Assembly (NCBI GenBank): GCA_031409335.1
Contig: JANNWY010000214.1
Span: 32,001-96,000 of the forward strand
Direction of reading: 5' to 3'
From: Chthoniobacteraceae bacterium
GTDB lineage: Bacteria > Verrucomicrobiota > Verrucomicrobiia > Chthoniobacterales > Chthoniobacteraceae
DNA: 64,000 bases
The notes below the pieces were generated by a model, which worked only from the letters and a program-made list of their open reading frames with translations, did not search any database and was not told the origin of the DNA. This document shows positions 57,886 through 64,000 of the stretch, in pieces. Each line of letters starts with the position of its first letter. The first letter of the stretch is position 1. The translations under genes were made by a program, and so were the position numbers.

Positions 57886-60800
57886 ATGAACACCCATCCA
57901 CTTTTCCGCAGCGGCGGACTCATTCCGGAGGCGTGCTCGAGAACCAGCATGCGAACCCAGCCTGAAAGGCTGCGATTCGACAGCCCAGGGCAACGCCCTG
58001 GGTTAGAGTTGCGCGTGGCATCAGCCCTGAAAGGGCGGGGCATCAAGCTGTCATCGGATTCTTGCGCCTTTTCAGGGCTTGATCCCGTTATTGCCGGGAA
58101 CCCAGAGCGTTGCCCTGGGCTGTCGAATCGCAGCCTTTCAGGCCGCAGGCAGAACAGTTTGCAGACACGCTCCAGCATCATTCGCAAGATCGGGGCGGCG
58201 ATGTTTGTCGTGGTAGTCGCACTGAGCCTGTCGCAACCGACCGTGTTTGCGGCCACGAGTATCAAACAAAACAACAGCACCAATCTCAACCTTGCGGGAA
58301 GCTGGAACTCATTGCCTGGCGCGGCGGACATCGCGCAGTGGGATGCTACGGTGTTGGCGGCGAATAGTCCGGTGCTCGGTGGGGATGTGAGCTGGCTTGG
58401 CTTGAAGATCGTCGGCCCCGGCGGACTGGTCACGCTGGGTGCGGGTAATACGCTGACCCTCGGCGCTTCCGGCATCGACCTGAGTACGGCGACGCAAAGC
58501 CTGACCCTTAACTGCGGTCTGACCTTGAAGGGGAAACAAAGCTGGCAGGCCGCGGCGGGGCGCACGCTCAATGTCGCGGGGATATTCACGCGGACGGGCG
58601 CGGTGGTGGATTCAACGAATTTCAATGCCTCGGCGGTGCTCGGCACTTTCACTAATGACGTCTCTGGAATACTAGGTCCGTGGGCGACCACCGGCAGCGG
58701 CACCGCGCTGAATTATGCGAAGGCGACGGCGGGGGCGGTTTCGGCGTTCACCACGCAGACGGCGGCGACGGCGGGCACTTTGGCAAATGTAAGCAATCCG
58801 GCGGTGAACTACTCGTTGGCGGCGGCGGCGACTTTGACCGGGAATATCAGCGCGAATACGCTGCTCTACTCGGGTGGGTCGAACACGCTGGCGAATGGCG
58901 GTTTTACTAGCACGCTGAACGGGCTGCTAAATGCGGGGACGGGGGCTATCACCATCGCAGGGACGGGCAACTTAGTTATCGGTGCGAATCGGGAATTAGT
59001 CATCGTGACGAATACTCAGGCTGCGACCATTCTATGTCCGATCGTGAATAACGGCGCGGGCGCATCTTCGCTGACCTTTAGCGGAGGTTCGAGCGGCAGT
59101 GGGCTCACGCTCTCGGGCAACAATACCTATACGGGCGGAACCACGGTCGTCAGCGGCACGCTTTTCCTCGGCAGCCAGACCGGGCTGGGCACCGGGGCGG
59201 TGACCCTGGCGGCGGGGACGACGCTTCAGCAGACTAATTTTGAGGGCAACTCGGCGGCGGGCGCGTTGCCGAATGCGTTTGTTTTGAGCGGCATTGGGAA
59301 TGTGACGCTGAATATGCCGTTCGGCGGAGGGAAAGATATTTGGCTGAGTCAGGTCGTGTCGGGCACGGGCGGGTTCACGCTGCAAGGCGGGACGCGCGGG
59401 CTGACGCTCACTGCGAACAATACTTTTAGCGGCGGTGTGCGGCTCACGAATGCGGACAACAAGTTGCAGCTTGCGCACGTCAACGGGATGGGGACGGGTG
59501 CGTTTCGCTCGGAGCGTTTGTCGGCGAATAGCGGGCAGCTCATCGCGATTGCGGACCTTTCCGCCGGGGTGCCAAATGCGTTCGATGTCGCGTCGGGAGC
59601 GCATCTGAATGTGAACACGAACGGCTTTAATATGCTGCTCGCGGGTTCGATTTCGAGCGCGGTGGGCACGGGCAATTTTTACAAAACGGGCACGGGCACG
59701 CTGACGCTTTCGGGTGCGAATACTTACACGGGCGCGACGAAAGTGGCGCAAGGCACGGTGGCGATTTCGAGCGCGGGTTCGCTGGGTGGCGGGGCGCTGG
59801 ACATCACGACCGGCGCGACGCTGGCGCTGAATTTCACAGGCACGCGGCAGGTCTCGGCGCTTACGTTTAATGCGGGCGCGGCGCAGGCGGCGGGCACTTA
59901 TGGTTCGACGAGTTCCGGCGCGACAAGTCAGAGCACGTCGTTTTCCGGCACGGGCACGGTGACGGTCGGCGGCGCGGCGTTTGCGGCGACGACGACTACG
60001 CTGGCGCTCACGAGCGGCAGCACCCCGGCGGCGGTCGGCGCGTCGCTCACTTTCACGGCGACGGTGGCGGGCGCTTCGCCGACGGGAAATGTGACGTTCT
60101 ACGACGGAGTCACGCTGATTGGCACGGTGGCGCTGAACGGCTCATTTCAAGCGGCTTTCACGACGACCAGCTTGGCGCTCGGAACGCATTCCATCACGGC
60201 GCGGTATGCGGGAAATGCGGCGAACAACCCGAGTGTTTCGGCGGCGATGAGCATTCAAATTTCCAACCCGACGGACATCCTCAGTTTCACTTTTGCGGGG
60301 TTGCCGACGCCCACGATTTCGGGGACGAACATCACGGTGACGGTGCCTTTTTCCACGAACGTCACGGCGCTCTCGCCCACGTATTCGCTGGCTTCGGGCG
60401 GCTCTTGCGTCCCGGCTTCGGGCGCGACTTTGGATTTCACAGGCCCGCAAAACTACGTCGTCTCGGCGGCGGGATTTGCGGATAAGACTTACACCGTCAC
60501 GGTGACGAAAGCGGCGGCGAGCACGGCGAAAGACATTACGGCGTTTGCGTTTCCCGGACTGCCGGTGACGACGATTGGCGCGAGCACGGTTTCGGTGACG
60601 GTGCCGTTCGGAACTTCGGTGTCGAATCTCTCGCCGACGTATTCGGTTTCCGCGCTGGCTTCGGGCAGTCCGATTTCCGGCACGGCGCGGGATTTTTCGA
60701 GCGCACAGACTTACACCATCACGGCGGAGAACGGCTCGACGAAAGTCTATACGGTTACGGTCACGATTGCCCCGGCGAGTTCCGCGAATGCGATGCTCAC

Positions 60801-63800
60801 TTGCGACTTCGGCGCACTCGGCTTGGCGACGATCTCGGGCACCACGGCAACGCTCACCGTGATACCGACGCAGCCGGTGACGGCACTCGCGCCGACGTTC
60901 GCGGTTTCGACGTTCGCTACGATCAGCCCGGCCTCGGGCAGCACGCAGGATTTCACCAACCCGGTGATTTACACCGTCACCGCGCAAAACGGCGCGATGC
61001 AAAACTACAGCGTCGCTGTGCAGTCGTATGATACTTGGGCGCACTCGGGCTCGCTGTTCATCATCACGACGCCCGAGGGCGCGAACATCGCGGCGGGGCA
61101 GACGGAGACAAACTTCCCGATTTTGATTCGGCTCAACAACAGCAACTTCAACTTCGCCGAAGCCGCGTCTGACGGGCGCGACGTGCGCTTTACCACGGCT
61201 GCGGGCGCGGTGCTGCCTTACCAAATTGAGCAGTGGGATGTGGCGGGCGGCGCGGCGAGTATCTGGGTGAAAATCCCGACGATTTCCGGCAATGCGCGGC
61301 AGGAGATTAAAATGTATTGGGGCAAAGCGGGAGTCGCCGCGGAGTCGAATGGGGCCGCAGTTTTCAACGCGACGAATGGCTATGCGACGGTTATTCACAT
61401 GAACGAAACGGTGCAGGATGTCGTGGGCTCCGTGACGACGACTGACACCGGGACGACGCTGGCGACGGGCATGATTGGGAGAGGGCGAAACTTCGCATTG
61501 GGCAAAGGTATTTGGTGTGGCGACACGATCACGAATTTCTCGCAGGGCGGCTCCGCGCATTCCACCGAGGCATGGTTTCGGACGAGTGCGGTGAATTGCG
61601 AGGTCGTTGATTGGGGCGTGGAAGGCGGAGGCTTTAACAAGGTGCAGATTCGAGTAGTGAGCCCGCCGCGCATTTATGTGGATGGCAACTTTGCGAGTGT
61701 CTTCGGCACTGTCGCGCTGGATACGACGCAGTGGCATCATGTGGTGCATACTTACACGCCGGGCGGTGTGGGGCGGATTTATGTGGATGGGCAGCTCGAT
61801 GCCTCGGCCAATGTGACGATGAATCTGCCCAACCCGTCGCGGATGTGGATTGGCGGTTGGTATCACAGCTACTCTTTCGCTGGCGATATTGATGAGGTGC
61901 GGATTTCCAAAGTCGCCCGCTCGGCGAACTGGATCAAACTGACCTACGAAAACCAAAAGCCGCTGCAAACTCTCGTGGGTACGTTAGTTCAGGCAGGCAG
62001 CACCTTCACCGCCTCGCCGCCATCCGTGACATTCAATGAAGGGACGACCACGAGCTTCACGGGACAAGCGGGCGGGGCGCAAAAGGTGTATTGGATCCGC
62101 AAGCAAGGCGGTGTGGATACGGTGCTTGCGGTGGATACATTTGCACTCAGTCTCGCCGCTGGGCGCGTGACGGGCAGCCAATCGTTCGTCATTCAGTTTA
62201 AGGGAATTTATCCCGGCAGCATTCAGAGCGTCGATATCCCGGTAACGATTGCCGAAGACCTGCCGGACCCGGTTTTCACGCTCACGGGCCCGACGACTTG
62301 GGACGGGCGGCAGACGATTGCGGTCACCGCGAACATATCGAACCTCACCACGCTTCAGGCAAAAGGCGTCGCCACTTTCACCTACACCTGGGCCGTGAAC
62401 GGAGTCGCCGTGACGAAGACAATCAACGCTGGCACTTTGACCCTGCTGCGCTCGCAAGGCAACGGCCCGATGGTCGTGTCGCTCACGATGAACAACGGCG
62501 GCAGCAACGTCACCGCCACGAAGACTATCACCGTCCAGCAGCCCGCGAGCGATGCGTGGGTGCAGCGGACGCCGGACGCAAACGAGAAGCCGGTGAACAA
62601 CCAATTCTTCGCCCGCGACGATACTGGGTTTGGCAAAATCTTTTACCTGGGAACGCAAGGTGGCACGCCCGATACGGTGTTCCTCAAAGTCTATACGACG
62701 GACACCGGGACGGATGTGCTGTACGCCACGCATCGGCAGGCGCTTTCGGGCGGTTCGTATGCTTTCACCGCGCCGATTGCTGGCGGGAAAGTGACCTATA
62801 AAGTCGTCTATGGCACGACCACTGGCGGCGTGGATACGCCCGTCGGCAGCCCGGTGACGAACCTCATTTGCGGCGATGCCTATATCATCCAAGGCCAGTC
62901 GAATGCTGTCGCCACGGACCCCGGCGCGGAGAGTCCGGCGTTCTCGAATAACTGGATTCGCACTTATGCCGCCCCGGGCGGTTGGGGAAATGTCAGCCAG
63001 GCTGCGAACGCTTGGCAAGTCGGCTATTGGGGAGCCGCCCAAGGGCTCAAACTTTCGACCGATCACAATATGCCGATCTGCATTATGAACGGAGCTGTCG
63101 GCGGCACGCGCATTGACCAGCATCAGCCCAACCCGGCGGACCACGCGGTCGCTGGGAGTCTGTATGCAATTTACGCAAACCTGCACAACCGCATCGTCGC
63201 TGCCAAACTCACGCACGGCCTCCGTGGAGTGCTGTGGCATCAAGGCGAGCAAGACCAAGGTTCCGGCGCACCGACCGGCGATTACGACTACAAAACGTAT
63301 CACCAATACTTCGTGGATATGTCCGCCGCGTGGAAGCAGGACTACCCGAACATCCTCTACTATTACATCTTCCAAATCTGGCCGAAGGCCTGCGGCGACA
63401 CATCGCGCAACGACCTTCTGCGCGAGGTCCAGCGCACGTTGCCGCATCTCTTTTCCAACATGCGGATCATGACTACCGTGGGCATCGTTCCGGGATCGAG
63501 CTGCCACTACCTTCCCGCTGGCTACACGCGGTTCTCGGACCTCATCAGCCCATTTGTAAAGCAGGACAACTACGGCTTCGTGCCCGCCGGAGTCATCACC
63601 GCGCCCGATGTGAAAAGAGCCTACTATACCACCGCGGCGCACAACGAGATTGCCGTGGAGTTTGGACAGGCCATGCTCTGGAGCAATCTTTCCAAGGGTC
63701 TCTTTTTCCTCAATGGCGCGGCGAACCAAGTGGCCTCGGGAAGCGTGACGGGCAAGGTGATCAAACTCCAACTCACCGCCGCTTCCGCCGCCCAAACCAT

Positions 63801-64000
63801 CACCTATCTGGCGGGTGACGCATGGGATGGAGTGCAGGCAAATATAGTCTATGGCACCAATAACATCGCCGCCCTCACCTTTGCCGAAGTCCCCATCGGC
63901 CCGCCGATCCCGACCGCCCTTTCCGCGACTGCGGGAGACAGTCAGGTGGCATTGAGTTGGGCAGCGTCCCCCGGAGCCACTGGCTACAAGGTGAAACGCG
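57886..64000 (+). CDS. Large secreted multidomain protein (autotransporter repeats, Ig-like, DUF2341, LamG, sialate O-acetylesterase-like SGNH, Fn3), running off the window; start uncertain (57886, 58159 or 58201)
   Basis: Frame 1 reads open in the segments I translated, and the track lists no long closed + ORF in this frame, consistent with no stop before the window end. Signal peptide ...SQPTVFA/A. NFPILIRL...DGRDVRF...WVKIP (DUF2341), WHHVVHTY...IDEVRIS (LamG), GQSNA...WHQGE...CHY (SASA), PTALSATAGDSQVALSW (Fn3). Confidence 0.88.
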   Translation, partial: MNTHPLFRSGGLIPEACSRTSMRTQPERLRFDSPGQRPGLELRVASALKGRGIKLSSDSCAFSGLDPVIAGNPERCPGLSNRSLSGRRQNSLQTRSSIIRKIGAAMFVVVVALSLSQPTVFAATSIKQNNSTNLNLAGSWNSLPGAADIAQWDATVLAANSPVLGGDVSWLGLKIVGPGGLVTLGAGNTLTLGASGIDLSTATQSLTLNCGLTLKGKQSWQAAAGRTLNVAGIFTRTGAVVDSTNFNASAVLGTFTNDVSGILGPWATTGSGTALNYAKATAGAVSAFTTQTAATAGTLANVSNPAVNYSLAAAATLTGNISANTLLYSGGSNTLANGGFTSTLNGLLNAGTGAITIAGTGNLVIGANRELVIVTNTQAATILCPIVNNGAGASSLTFSGGSSGSGLTLSGNNTYTGGTTVVSGTLFLGSQTGLGTGAVTLAAGTTLQQTNFEGNSAAGALPNAFVLSGIGNVTLNMPFGGGKDIWLSQVVSGTGGFTLQGGTRGLTLTANNTFSGGVRLTNADNKLQLAHVNGMGTGAFRSERLSANSGQLIAIADLSAGVPNAFDVASGAHLNVNTNGFNMLLAGSISSAVGTGNFYKTGTGTLTLSGANTYTGATKVAQGTVAISSAGSLGGGALDITTGATLALNFTGTRQVSALTFNAGAAQAAGTYGSTSSGATSQSTSFSGTGTVTVGGAAFAATTTTLALTSGSTPAAVGASLTFTATVAGASPTGNVTFYDGVTLIGTVALNGSFQAAFTTTSLALGTHSITARYAGNAANNPSVSAAMSIQISNPTDILSFTFAGLPTPTISGTNITVTVPFSTNVTALSPTYSLASGGSCVPASGATLDFTGPQNYVVSAAGFADKTYTVTVTKAAASTAKDITAFAFPGLPVTTIGASTVSVTVPFGTSVSNLSPTYSVSALASGSPISGTARDFSSAQTYTITAENGSTKVYTVTVTIAPASSANAMLTCDFGALGLATISGTTATLTVIPTQPVTALAPTFAVSTFATISPASGSTQDFTNPVIYTVTAQNGAMQNYSVAVQSYDTWAHSGSLFIITTPEGANIAAGQTETNFPILIRLNNSNFNFAEAASDGRDVRFTTAAGAVLPYQIEQWDVAGGAASIWVKIPTISGNARQEIKMYWGKAGVAAESNGAAVFNATNGYATVIHMNETVQDVVGSVTTTDTGTTLATGMIGRGRNFALGKGIWCGDTITNFSQGGSAHSTEAWFRTSAVNCEVVDWGVEGGGFNKVQIRVVSPPRIYVDGNFASVFGTVALDTTQWHHVVHTYTPGGVGRIYVDGQLDASANVTMNLPNPSRMWIGGWYHSYSFAGDIDEVRISKVARSANWIKLTYENQKPLQTLVGTLVQAGSTFTASPPSVTFNEGTTTSFTGQAGGAQKVYWIRKQGGVDTVLAVDTFALSLAAGRVTGSQSFVIQFKGIYPGSIQSVDIPVTIAEDLPDPVFTLTGPTTWDGRQTIAVTANISNLTTLQAKGVATFTYTWAVNGVAVTKTINAGTLTLLRSQGNGPMVVSLTMNNGGSNVTATKTITVQQPASDAWVQRTPDANEKPVNNQFFARDDTGFGKIFYLGTQGGTPDTVFLKVYTTDTGTDVLYATHRQALSGGSYAFTAPIAGGKVTYKVVYGTTTGGVDTPVGSPVTNLICGDAYIIQGQSNAVATDPGAESPAFSNNWIRTYAAPGGWGNVSQAANAWQVGYWGAAQGLKLSTDHNMPICIMNGAVGGTRIDQHQPNPADHAVAGSLYAIYANLHNRIVAAKLTHGLRGVLWHQGEQDQGSGAPTGDYDYKTYHQYFVDMSAAWKQDYPNILYYYIFQIWPKACGDTSRNDLLREVQRTLPHLFSNMRIMTTVGIVPGSSCHYLPAGYTRFSDLISPFVKQDNYGFVPAGVITAPDVKRAYYTTAAHNEIAVEFGQAMLWSNLSKGLFFLNGAANQVASGSVTGKVIKLQLTAASAAQTITYLAGDAWDGVQANIVYGTNNIAALTFAEVPIGPPIPTALSATAGDSQVALSWAASPGATGYKVKR
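57960..58143. repeat. 184-bp nested palindromic REP/MITE-like element
   Basis: 45-bp arms 57960-58004 and 58099-58143 (44/45 complementary); inner arms 58023-58037 and 58065-58079 (14/15). Confidence 0.92.

Noticed and set aside
57849..58703. 284-aa minus-strand ORF across the palindrome
   Set aside because: Antisense to the secreted-protein gene; its openness is partly explained by palindrome symmetry.

Overview
GC-rich bacterial DNA, most likely Verrucomicrobiota (Chthoniobacterales-like). This is inferred from three PEP-CTERM/autotransporter-repeat proteins, DUF6288- and YdjY-type proteins and typical REP palindromes. A housekeeping backbone (malQ, aldehyde dehydrogenase, msrA, pyrimidine-nucleoside phosphorylase, deoB, mdh, a sugar cluster, a PAS hybrid kinase, tRNA-Pro) is interrupted by several accessory blocks. 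(1) A defence operon with an intact GHKL-ATPase/nuclease fusion coupled to an SphI-like type II R-M pair in which both genes are broken. (2) A lipoprotein plus a two-domain cell-wall hydrolase. (3) A RAYT/REP element and a HEPN-like ORF splitting deoB from the phosphorylase. (4) A cytoplasmic metzincin-CHAT(caspase)-pseudoprotease fusion translationally coupled to an SGNH hydrolase, the best candidate here for an undescribed protease-triggered conflict system. (5) A tRNA-Pro-linked integrase element with three paralogous XRE regulators. (6) About 24 kb of giant modular surface proteins that share modules, one with a palindromic element read in frame at its 5' end. All family calls come from motif recognition by eye; no database searches were run.
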